Shown piece after piece: positions 30,715 to 39,477 of a stretch of DNA of 64,000 bases (position 1 is the stretch's first letter; every line of letters starts with the position of its first letter). The notes under the pieces were generated by a model. That model was given only the letters and a program-made list of their open reading frames with translations. It did no database searches and was not told the origin of the DNA. This stretch comes from an uncultured Actinomycetota bacterium (GTDB lineage Bacteria; Actinomycetota; Actinomycetes; Mycobacteriales; Pseudonocardiaceae): contig CAWAZG010000006.1 in assembly GCA_963786585.1 (NCBI GenBank), forward strand, positions 782,338-846,337. Direction: 5' to 3'. A program made the position numbers and the translations under genes.

Positions 30715-31681
30715 CTACCGGTCCGGGCGCCCCGCGGGGAGGGAATCGGGGAGCCCGCGGCGCTGCCGCGAGCGGCGGACGAGGAGCAGCACGACGAGTC
30801 CGGACAGCACGACACCGGCGACGTTGACGGCCAGCTGGAGCAGCGAGCTCAGTGCCCGCCCCCAGTCGCCGACCACCACGGCCACCGCCCGCGAACCCGG
30901 CCGCGGGCACCGTCGTCACCGAGATGAAGACCCCGACCAGGACGCCGGTGCTCTCCCCCGCGATCAGCGCGACCATGCCGGCGACCCCGGCCAGCAGCGC
31001 CACCACGAACGAGAACGGTCCGACCTGGTAGAGGAACGAGACACCGGAGAGGTTGGTCAGCACGTCGTCGGGGATCAGGGCGATCGCCTCCGCCCCGGCC
31101 GCGGCGAGGGCGGTGACCGCGAGGGCGATGGCGAAGCCCGCGCCGAGCGCCACGCCCGCGTCACGCGCCTTCGGACCGTCCCACCGGACCGCGGCCACCG
31201 CCAGGGCGGCCAGCGGGCCGAACTCGGGCCCCAGCACCATCGCGCCCACGACGGTCACCGGGGAGTTGGTGACGACGCCGACCGCCGCGAGCAGGCACGC
31301 GATGGTCAGCATGACCACGAACGTCACCGACAGCCGGGCGCCCTGCCCGGTGCGCTCGAGCAGCTCGTCCCACACCACGGCGTCGACGCCCTCGCCCGGA
31401 GCGGCCTCGTCGGCGCGGTCGGCGGCGTCGGACACGACGGTGTCCAGGGTCTCGAGCACGATCCCCCCGCGCTGCCCGCAGCCGAACCCGCGCAGGGCCT
31501 CGAGCACGCCGTCGACGGATTACCGCGCGATGTCGGCCTCCACGACGTCGCCGGGCGGATCCACCATCACGCCGCGCAGGCGCACGACGTGCACCGCACC
31601 CGCCTCGCCGGCCAATACGTCGATCACCGAGTCGACGAGGCCGGGCTCCGAATCCGGGCAGAGTGCCCGCAGGCGGATCAC
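30715..31681 (-). pseudogene. DUF389 membrane protein pseudogene
   Basis: In-frame TAA at 31520-31522 (AR*SVDG; Glu expected) plus +1 frameshift near 30889 after TTVPAAGFA; VGAMVLGPEFGPL motif present. Confidence 0.8.
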
Positions 31682-31721
31682 CGCGACGTCGGGTCGAGCT
31701 CCGCGGCGCTGCGTCCCACGG

Positions 31722-33536
31722 TCACTGGACCGGTCGCTCCTGCGGCTTCACCGGCGCCGCCGGTTTCGTCTGCGTCCCGGGTGCGGGAGCGTCGACGCCC
31801 GCCTCCTTGCGCTGCAGCGAGGTGATGGGGGCCGGGGCGGCCGTGAGCGGGTCGTACCCGCCGCCGGTCTTCGGGAAGGCGATGACCTCGCGGATCGAGT
31901 CGACCCCGGTGAGCAGGGCGCAGATGCGGTCCCAGCCGAACGCGATCCCGCCGTGCGGCGGCGGACCGTAGGCGAACGCGTCGAGCAGGAAGCCGAACTT
32001 CTCCTCCTGCTGCTCGGGCGTGAGGCCCATCAGCGCGAACACGCGCTCCTGCACGTCGCGCTGGTGGATACGAATGGATCCCCCGCCGATCTCGTTGCCG
32101 TTGCAGACGAGGTCGTAGGCGTAGGCCAGCGCGTTCTCGGGGTCGGATTCGAAGGAGCCGATCCACTCCGGGGTGGGCGAGGTGAACGCGTGGTGCACCG
32201 CCGTCCAGGTGCCCGACCCGACGGCGACGTCGTCCGTCGAGCCCGCGGCCTCGAACAGGGGTGCGTCGACGACCCAGACGAACGACCAGGAACCCTCGGG
32301 GATGAGGTCGAGGCGGCGCGCGATCTCGCCGCGGGTGGCGCCCAGCAGGGCGCGCCCCTCGGCCCGCGTGCCGGCGCCGAAGAAGATGCAGTCACCCGGG
32401 TTGGCGCCCGCGGCCTTGGCCAGGCCCTCGCGCTCGGCGTCGGTGATGTTCTTGGCGACGGGTCCGGTGAGCGTGCCGTCCTCGCCCACCAGCACGTAGG
32501 CGAGGCCCTTCGCGCCGCGCTGCTTCGCCCACTCCTGCCAGCCGTCGAGCGTGCGCCGCGCCTGGGACGCGCCGCCGGGCATGACCACCGCGCCCACGTA
32601 GGGCGCCTGGAAGACCCGGAAGGTGGTGTCGGCGAAGAACTCGGTGAGCTCGGTCAGCTCGATGTCGAAGCGCAGGTCGGGCTTGTCCGAGCCGTAGCGG
32701 GCCATGGCCTCGGCGTAGGAGATCCGCGGGATCGGCGTCGGGATCTCGTGGCCGCCGAGCTCCGACCACAGGGCGCCGACGATCGCCTCGCCGAGCGCGA
32801 TGACGTCGTCCTGGTCGACGAAGCTCGCCTCGATGTCGAGTTGCGTGAACTCCGGCTGGCGGTCGGCGCGGAAGTCCTCGTCGCGGTAGCAGCGCGCGAT
32901 CTGGAAGTAGCGCTCCATCCCGGACACCATGAGCAGCTGCTTGAACAGCTGCGGCGACTGCGGGAGCGCGTACCAGGACCCCGGTCGCAGGCGGGCCGGG
33001 ACGAGGAAGTCGCGCGCCCCCTCGGGCGTCGACCGGGTCAGGGTCGGCGTCTCGATCTCGAGGAAGTCGCGGTCGGACAGCACGTCGCGCGCGATCTTGT
33101 TGGCGCGGCTGCGCAGGCGGATGGCCGACGCCGGGCCCTCGCGGCGCAGGTCCAGGTAGCGGTAGCGCAGGCGGACGTCCTCGCCGACCTCCGCGTGCTC
33201 GTCGAGCGGGAACGGCAGCGGCGCGGACTCCGAGAGCACCGTCAGCGCCGTGGCGCTGATCTCGACGTCCCCGGTGGCGAGGTCGGCGTTCTCGCTGCCC
33301 GCCGGGCGCTGCTCGACCGAGCCCGTGATCTGCACGCAGAACTCGGCGCGCAGGCGGTGCGACTCCTGCGCCACCTCGCCGGCCCGGAACACCACCTGCA
33401 CCACGCCCGAGGCGTCGCGCAGGTCGATGAACACGACCCCGCCGTGATCGCGGCGGCGGGCCACCCATCCGGCGAGGGTGACGGTGGCGCCGACGTGCTC
33501 GGCGCGCAGCGTGCCGGCGGGGTGCGTGCGCATCAT
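31722..33536 (-). CDS. aspS: aspartate--tRNA ligase
   Basis: [60 protein letters not shown]. Confidence 0.97.
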   Translation of the reverse strand: MMRTHPAGTLRAEHVGATVTLAGWVARRRDHGGVVFIDLRDASGVVQVVFRAGEVAQESHRLRAEFCVQITGSVEQRPAGSENADLATGDVEISATALTVLSESAPLPFPLDEHAEVGEDVRLRYRYLDLRREGPASAIRLRSRANKIARDVLSDRDFLEIETPTLTRSTPEGARDFLVPARLRPGSWYALPQSPQLFKQLLMVSGMERYFQIARCYRDEDFRADRQPEFTQLDIEASFVDQDDVIALGEAIVGALWSELGGHEIPTPIPRISYAEAMARYGSDKPDLRFDIELTELTEFFADTTFRVFQAPYVGAVVMPGGASQARRTLDGWQEWAKQRGAKGLAYVLVGEDGTLTGPVAKNITDAEREGLAKAAGANPGDCIFFGAGTRAEGRALLGATRGEIARRLDLIPEGSWSFVWVVDAPLFEAAGSTDDVAVGSGTWTAVHHAFTSPTPEWIGSFESDPENALAYAYDLVCNGNEIGGGSIRIHQRDVQERVFALMGLTPEQQEEKFGFLLDAFAYGPPPHGGIAFGWDRICALLTGVDSIREVIAFPKTGGGYDPLTAAPAPITSLQRKEAGVDAPAPGTQTKPAAPVKPQERPVQ

Positions 33537-33605
33537 CGGCGGTGGTGCTCCTGGATCGGTCGGGCGAGTCACCTTGCAGGCTATCGACCGGGTCGACGCG
33601 GAATC

Positions 33606-34019
33606 TCAGCCGCTCTTGTCGGGGCCCGCGCGGTCGAGGTGCACCCGCAGGAGGACCCGGCGCTCGCGGTGCATGGCCTCGTCGAAGTCCGCCCAGTCGG
33701 GGTGCTCGCCGCCCTGCACCTGCCGGTAGAGGGCGCGCAGGCCGTCCAGCGCCGCGGGCAGCTCGACGATCTCGACGTCGCCCTCCACCTGGACCCACCG
33801 GCCGAAGAAGCCGTCGGGCAGGACGCAGAGCCACGCCCGCCCCTCCCGGCGCAGGTTCTTCGTCTTCAGGGCGGTCTCGCGCGTGCTGATCGTCGCCGCG
33901 CCGTCGTCGTCGATGCCGACGACCACGGGCGAGAGCTGGGGCGCGCCGTCGGTGCGGCGGGTCGCGAGGACGGCACGGTGCTGCTCGCGCAGCACCTGCC
34001 GGGCGTCGTCGAGGTCCAT
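33606..34019 (-). CDS. PPOX-class F420-dependent oxidoreductase-like protein
   Basis: VLATRRTDGAPQLSPV, KTKNLRR, WVQVEG. Confidence 0.85.
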   Translation of the reverse strand: MDLDDARQVLREQHRAVLATRRTDGAPQLSPVVVGIDDDGAATISTRETALKTKNLRREGRAWLCVLPDGFFGRWVQVEGDVEIVELPAALDGLRALYRQVQGGEHPDWADFDEAMHRERRVLLRVHLDRAGPDKSG

Positions 34020-34041
34020 GCCCCGGAGGCTAGGGCCGCCC

Positions 34042-35616
34042 TCAGAGCAGGGACAGCTGCTCCGGGGGCGCCTCGACCACCTTCTCCGGGATCACGGGCA
34101 CGGCACCTTCCGGCCACGACCGCTCGGTCTCCCGCCCCTCGTCGCCCTGCCGGCCGCCCATGGCGTGGCCGCCACCGGTGAGACCGTGGCGTGCGAGCAG
34201 CGGCCCGACGCGCGCGGCGAGCTCCTTGCGGTAGGCCGCGTCGACATAGGCCCCGCGGCGGTAGAGGGCGGCGTAGCGCTCGATCAGCGCGGGGTGCTCG
34301 CGGGCGAGCCAGGCGTGGAACCACTCCCGCGTGCCCGGCCGCAGGTGCAGGGCGAGCACGGACGCGCCGCTCGCCCCCGCTGCGGCGATCTCGCCGAGCA
34401 GGGCGTCGAGGGCCTCGTCGGAGTCGGTGAGCCCGGGCAGGACCGGGGCGACGAACACCCCGCACGGCAGCCCGGCGTCGCGGATGCGGCGGACGAGGTC
34501 GAGCCGGGCCCGGGGCGTCGGCGTGCCCGGCTCGACGCGGCGGTGCAGCTCCGGATCGAGCAGGGCCAGCGACACCCCGACCCCCACGGGGACGTCGCGC
34601 GCGGCGGCCGCGAGCTCCGGGAGGTCGCGGGCGAGGAGCGTGCCCTTGGTGAGGATCGAGAACGGCGTGCCGCTGGCCCCCAGGGCCTTGATGATCCCGG
34701 GCATCAGCGCGTACCGGCCCTCCGCGCGCTGGTAGGGGTCGGTGTTGGTGCCCATCGCAACGTGCTCGCGGGCCCAGCGCGGCGCGCGCAGCTCGCGGGC
34801 CAGCACCTCGGGCGCGTTCAGCTTGACCACGACCTGGCGGTCGAAGTCGTCGCCCGCGTCGAGGTCGAGATAGGTGTGGGTGTTGCGGGCGAAGCAGTTG
34901 TGGCTGATCACCCCGTCGGCGACGAAGTCGCCGGTGCCGGTGGTGAGGTCGCCGAGGGCACGCTCGCCGGGCAGCTCGTCCACCTCGACGACGACGCGGC
35001 CGCCGGGCTCGTCGCCGGGCGGCGCCGGGGCCACCGGCGGCGACCCGGGCCGGCGGAACGCCTCGTCGGCCAGGGTCTCGGCGCCGACCAGGGCCTCGCC
35101 GATCCGCAGGTGCGGCCGCTCGTCACCGCCGCAGCCCTCCGGCCGCACGTGGACCCAGCCGCGGCGCGTGAGGAAGCGGTGCTCGGCGCTGGCGACGATC
35201 GCCGTGCCGTCGAGCAGACGGACACACCAGGCCGCCTTCGTCGTGGTCCACGCGGCGTGCACCGGCGTCGGCACCAGCGACCGGACGCCGTTGCTGCGCA
35301 CCTCGGAGCCCACCACGAGATCGCCGACCCGGACGTCGGCCAGCCGCACGCTGGTGCCGTCGACCATGAGGATCCTGGTGTCGAGCGAGAGGCAGTAGGT
35401 GCACGCGTGGCTGCACCCCCGGTAGGGGTTCACGGTCCAGGCGAAGGGCATCGGCGACACCCCGGGCACGCGGTTGAGCACCGAGCGCGCCCGCACCTCG
35501 TGGAAGGTGATCCCCGCGAACTCCGGCGTGCGGACGCTGCGCACGAGGCCCTTGAGCGCCGGCATGCCCGGCAGCTCCTCGGGGCCTCCCGCGACCTTCT
35601 GCTCGTCCCACCGCAC
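34042..35616 (-). CDS. intein-containing Rv2578c-family radical SAM protein
   Basis: WTVNPYRGCSHACTY|intein|CFARNTH, MGTNTDPYQRAEG, ILTKG, TPTPRARL. Confidence 0.93.
   Translation of the reverse strand: MRWDEQKVAGGPEELPGMPALKGLVRSVRTPEFAGITFHEVRARSVLNRVPGVSPMPFAWTVNPYRGCSHACTYCLSLDTRILMVDGTSVRLADVRVGDLVVGSEVRSNGVRSLVPTPVHAAWTTTKAAWCVRLLDGTAIVASAEHRFLTRRGWVHVRPEGCGGDERPHLRIGEALVGAETLADEAFRRPGSPPVAPAPPGDEPGGRVVVEVDELPGERALGDLTTGTGDFVADGVISHNCFARNTHTYLDLDAGDDFDRQVVVKLNAPEVLARELRAPRWAREHVAMGTNTDPYQRAEGRYALMPGIIKALGASGTPFSILTKGTLLARDLPELAAAARDVPVGVGVSLALLDPELHRRVEPGTPTPRARLDLVRRIRDAGLPCGVFVAPVLPGLTDSDEALDALLGEIAAAGASGASVLALHLRPGTREWFHAWLAREHPALIERYAALYRRGAYVDAAYRKELAARVGPLLARHGLTGGGHAMGGRQGDEGRETERSWPEGAVPVIPEKVVEAPPEQLSLL
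34897..35394 (-). mobile_element. 166-aa mini-intein without homing endonuclease
   Basis: Block A CLSLDTRILMVDG, block B ASAEHRFLT, blocks F/G DLTTGTGDFVADGVISHN followed by Cys+1. Confidence 0.92.
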
Positions 35617-35625
35617 GCCCACCAT

Positions 35626-35641
35626 TCGAACACGTGTTCGA
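35626..35641. promoter_or_regulatory. LexA SOS box
   Basis: Perfect palindrome TCGAAC-ACGT-GTTCGA, about 10 bp upstream of the radical SAM start. Confidence 0.9.
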
Positions 35642-35675
35642 GCGGTAGGCAAACCCCCGTCCGGCGTCCACCATC

Positions 35676-36539
35676 GTGCCCGTGGACGACGCCCGCCGCC
35701 TGTGGACCTTGCTCGAACCCCTGCACGCGGTCACGTACTTCGCCCCGGAGGCCCGCGCCGCCGCCGACGCGGTGGGCCTGAAGGGGTTCTGGATGGGCTA
35801 CGTCGCCCAGCGGGCGGCGCCGCTCGGAGCGGTCGGTCCGGAGGTGGCCTGGGCGTCGTTCCACGGCTTCCACGCCGACCGCATCCGCCGCGCGCTGCCC
35901 GACGCCTGGGCGCTCGCCTCCCCCGCGACCTGCCTCGAGGCGCGCCTGACAGGCGTCGACGCGGCGCTGCGACGCCTCCTCGCCGACCTCCCCGGCGGTG
36001 TCGGCTCCGAGGCGGTCGCGGAGGCCGCGCGGCTCGCCGGGGAGGCCGCCGACGCCGCGGACACGGCCGGGCGCGTCCTCGCGGCGGCGAACCAGGCCCT
36101 CCCCCGCCCGGCCCCGCCGCACCTCGCGCTGTGGCAGGCCGCGACGACGCTGCGCGAGCACCGGGGCGACGGCCACGTCGCGGCGCTCGTCGCCCACGAC
36201 GTCGGGCCGGTCGCCGCACACCGGCTCAAGATCGCCGCCGACGAGTCGTCGGACAGCCTCCAGGACTCCCGGCGGATCGACGAGGGAACGTGGGCGGCGG
36301 CCGGCGAGGAGCTGGCCGTGCGCGGCTGGCTCGATGCGAACGGCGCCCTCACCGACGACGGGCGTCGTGCCCGCGACGAGGTCGAACGCGCCACCGACCG
36401 CGCCGCGTCCGGGCCGTGGCGGGCACTCGGCCGGGCGGGCACCGACCGCCTCGCCGGGCTCCTCGGGCCGCTCGTCACCGCCGTCGTCGACGCCGGCGCC
36501 GTCCCGTTTCCCAACCCGATCGGCCTCCCGCGCCCCTGA
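35676..36539 (+). CDS. conserved actinobacterial hypothetical protein (SCO6745-like)
   Basis: EPLHAVTYFA, YVAQRAAPLG, LWQAATTLREHRGDGH. Confidence 0.8.
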   Translation: MPVDDARRLWTLLEPLHAVTYFAPEARAAADAVGLKGFWMGYVAQRAAPLGAVGPEVAWASFHGFHADRIRRALPDAWALASPATCLEARLTGVDAALRRLLADLPGGVGSEAVAEAARLAGEAADAADTAGRVLAAANQALPRPAPPHLALWQAATTLREHRGDGHVAALVAHDVGPVAAHRLKIAADESSDSLQDSRRIDEGTWAAAGEELAVRGWLDANGALTDDGRRARDEVERATDRAASGPWRALGRAGTDRLAGLLGPLVTAVVDAGAVPFPNPIGLPRP

Positions 36540-36602
36540 TCCCACGGGTTTCGGTACCAGCGGTACGCGGTACTAGTCGGTAACACCAGAACGGAGCAGC
36601 CG

Positions 36603-37973
36603 ATGAGTGCCTTCACCCTGGAACTGACGCCCGCCCACCACGAGCTGATCCGGCGGACGCACGCCTTCGCCGAGGACGTCGTCCGGCCGGCCGCGACGAA
36701 GTACGACGCGGCCGAGGAGTGCCCGTGGGAGATCGTCGACCGGGCCTCGCAGGAGGGCTTCTACAACGCCCTCTTCTACGCCGACCTCATCGCCGACCCC
36801 ACGGGCCTGTCGCTCCCGCTCTTCCTCGAGGAGATGTTCTGGGGCTGCGCCGGCATCGGGCTCACGGTGGTGCTGCCCGCCCTCGCGCTGTCCGCGCTGA
36901 ACCAGGCCGGCACCCCGGAGCAGCTCGCCCGCTGGGCGCCGGAGATGTTCGGCGAGCCCGGCGACATCAAGCTCGCGGCACTCGCGGTGTCCGAGCCCCA
37001 GGGCGGCAGCGACGTCGCCAACCTGCAGACCCGCGCCCGCAAGGAGGGCGACGAGTGGGTGCTCGACGGCGAGAAGATCTGGATCGGCAACGGCGGGATC
37101 GCCGACGTCACGATCGTCAACGCCGTCGTCGACCCCGAGCTCGGCACCAAGGGCCAGGCGATGTTCGTGGTCCCCAAGGACACCCCGGGCATGGAGCAGG
37201 TCCGGCGGCTGCGCAAGCTCGGGCACCGGGCGTCGCACACCGCGGAGCTGCGGTTCGAGGGCTGCCGCATCCCCGCCGAGAACCTCCTGGGCGGGGAGGA
37301 CAAGCTCAGGCACAAGCTGGAGAAGGCGCGCCGCGGTGAGGGCAAGCCCGCGGCGCTCGGCACGTTCGAGCAGACGCGGCCGATGGTCGCCGCCATGGCG
37401 CTCGGGGTGGCGCGGGCGTCGTTCGAGTACGCCTGCTCCTACGCCCGGGAGCGCGAGGCCTTCGGCGGCCCGATCATCGGCAACCAGGGCGTCTCGTTCC
37501 CGCTCGCCGACCTCGCCGCCGACATCGACGCCGCACGGCTGCTCACCTGGCGCGCGTCGTGGATGGCCGCCAACGGCATCCCGTTCCAGGCCGGCGAGGG
37601 CTCGATGTCGAAGCTCAAGGCCTCCGAGGTCGCCGTCCGCGCCGCCGAGCAGGCCGTCCAGACCTGCGGCGGGTGGGGCTACGTCGACGACCTCCCGGTC
37701 GAGAAGTGGTACCGCGACGCGAAGCTCTACACGATCTTCGAGGGCACGAGCGAGATCCAGCGGATGGTCATCGGGCGCACGCTGGCCGAGCCCGAGGCCA
37801 CCGCTACCCCGCTGCACCACCACCTGCCCGGCGACCGGGGCGGCGTGAGCCGGAAGTTCGGGCACGGATCGCTCGCCCGCGCCCGGGCCGGAGAGGCGTT
37901 CATGAAGCTCGCGAAGAAGGCGCCGGACTCCGTGTTGCGGCTCGGCGGGAAGCTCGCCTCCCCCGGCGCGTGA
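36603..37973 (+). CDS. acyl-CoA dehydrogenase
   Basis: VSEPQGGSD, LDGEKIWIGNG, KLGHRAS, YRDAKLYTIFEGTSEIQR. Confidence 0.93.
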   Translation: MSAFTLELTPAHHELIRRTHAFAEDVVRPAATKYDAAEECPWEIVDRASQEGFYNALFYADLIADPTGLSLPLFLEEMFWGCAGIGLTVVLPALALSALNQAGTPEQLARWAPEMFGEPGDIKLAALAVSEPQGGSDVANLQTRARKEGDEWVLDGEKIWIGNGGIADVTIVNAVVDPELGTKGQAMFVVPKDTPGMEQVRRLRKLGHRASHTAELRFEGCRIPAENLLGGEDKLRHKLEKARRGEGKPAALGTFEQTRPMVAAMALGVARASFEYACSYAREREAFGGPIIGNQGVSFPLADLAADIDAARLLTWRASWMAANGIPFQAGEGSMSKLKASEVAVRAAEQAVQTCGGWGYVDDLPVEKWYRDAKLYTIFEGTSEIQRMVIGRTLAEPEATATPLHHHLPGDRGGVSRKFGHGSLARARAGEAFMKLAKKAPDSVLRLGGKLASPGA

Positions 37974-38001
37974 CGGGATCGCTCCCGGAGAGGATGGCCG
38001 G

Positions 38002-39477
38002 GTGACCTCCTCCCGGCCCGCGGGGCGCCGCGTGCGGTCCGCGACCGTCGAGGACGACGCCGGCGACGACGCCGTGACGGGTCCGATCGAGGTGCCGCGT
38101 GACCGACCGGCCCGTCGGCGAGCGGGGGGATCCGCTGACGTTGAACGTCAGCGTGGCCCCCAGGCTGACACTCCCCGGCCGACGCGACGGCGGCGCGCGG
38201 ACGCGCCTCTCGAGGCGAGCCACGGCCACGGGCACGGGCACGGCGGGGGCTCGCTGGACGGGGCGTCGGCCACGCGGGTGCGACGGCTCCTGGCCCTCCT
38301 GCTCGTGCCCTGCGGGCTCGCGGTGCTGGTGGGCCTCGTGGTGCTCGCCCCGTCCCCGTCCGAGTACGCCCGGGTGGCGGAGCGGGCCGCGACCGGACAG
38401 GGCGCGCCCGGGCTCGGGGCGCAGACCCCGGTCGACGCCGAGGTCCTGCGCGCCGCCGGGGAGTCCGACTGCACCGACCCCAACCTGCCCTCCCCCGGGG
38501 AGGGCGAGGGCTGTGTCGCCGTCGCGCTCCGCCTGCAGGACGGGCCGGCGGCCGGGAGCACCATCGTCACCCTGGCGCCGACCACGCCCGGCTCGCCGCG
38601 CTTCGCCGTCGGCGACGCCGTCGTGCTCGGCTGGTCCGGCGGGGATCCCGCGGACGCCCTCACGTACACGATCGTCGACTTCCAGCGCGGCCAGCCGCTG
38701 CTCCTGCTCGGCGGCCTCTTCGCGCTCGCGGTGCTGCTGCTCGGGCGCTGGCAGGGCCTCGCCGCGCTCGTCGCCCTGGGCGCGACGCTCGGGGTGCTCG
38801 CGGTCTTCGTCCTGCCCGCCCTGGCCACCGGGGGCCCGCCGGTCCCGGTCGCGCTCACGGCGTCCGGGCTGATCGTCGGCATCGTGCTGCCCCTGACGCA
38901 CGGCCTGTCGGCCCGCACGGCGACCGCGGCGCTCGGCACGCTCGCCAGCCTCGGGCTCATCGGCGTCCTCGCTCTGCTCTTCGCCGCGCTGTCGCGCCTC
39001 ACCGGTCTCGGCGAGGAGGCCTCGGAGCTCGCCGGGGTGGTAGGGCCGGGACTCGACCTGCGCGGCCTGCTGCTCGCGGGCGTCATCATCGGCGCGCTGG
39101 GGGTGCTCGACGACGTCACCGTCACCCAGACCAGCGCCGTCTGGGAGCTCCACCGCGCGAACCCGGCCGCGCGGCTCGCCGACCTCTATGGTGCCGCCAT
39201 GCGTGTCGGTCGTGATCACGTCGCCTCGGCGGTCAACACGCTCGTGCTCGCCTACGCCGGGGCGGCGCTGCCCCTGCTGCTGCTGTTCGCGCTGGCGGGG
39301 CGGGGTCTCGGTGACCTGCTCACCGCGGAGGACGTGGCGCAGGAGGTCGTCCGGACGCTGGTGGGCAGCATCGGCCTCGTCGCCTCGGTCCCGTTGACGA
39401 CCGTCCTCGCCGCCGTCGTCGTCCGTTCCGTCAGCCCCAGCGCCACCCCGACCACGAGCCGGAGCCGTCCCGCATGA
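38002..39477 (+). CDS. YibE/F-family membrane protein (start uncertain)
   Basis: HGHGHGH, IVDFQRG, LGVLDDVTVTQ, GRDHVASAVNTLVLAYAG, RTLVGSIG. Confidence 0.85.
   Translation: MTSSRPAGRRVRSATVEDDAGDDAVTGPIEVPRDRPARRRAGGSADVERQRGPQADTPRPTRRRRADAPLEASHGHGHGHGGGSLDGASATRVRRLLALLLVPCGLAVLVGLVVLAPSPSEYARVAERAATGQGAPGLGAQTPVDAEVLRAAGESDCTDPNLPSPGEGEGCVAVALRLQDGPAAGSTIVTLAPTTPGSPRFAVGDAVVLGWSGGDPADALTYTIVDFQRGQPLLLLGGLFALAVLLLGRWQGLAALVALGATLGVLAVFVLPALATGGPPVPVALTASGLIVGIVLPLTHGLSARTATAALGTLASLGLIGVLALLFAALSRLTGLGEEASELAGVVGPGLDLRGLLLAGVIIGALGVLDDVTVTQTSAVWELHRANPAARLADLYGAAMRVGRDHVASAVNTLVLAYAGAALPLLLLFALAGRGLGDLLTAEDVAQEVVRTLVGSIGLVASVPLTTVLAAVVVRSVSPSATPTTSRSRPA
38135..38171. repeat. dispersed ~37-bp element, copy 2
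   Basis: CTGACGTTGAACGTCAGCGTGGCCCCCAGGCTGACAC; starts with perfect CTGACGT-N3-ACGTCAG palindrome. Confidence 0.7.
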
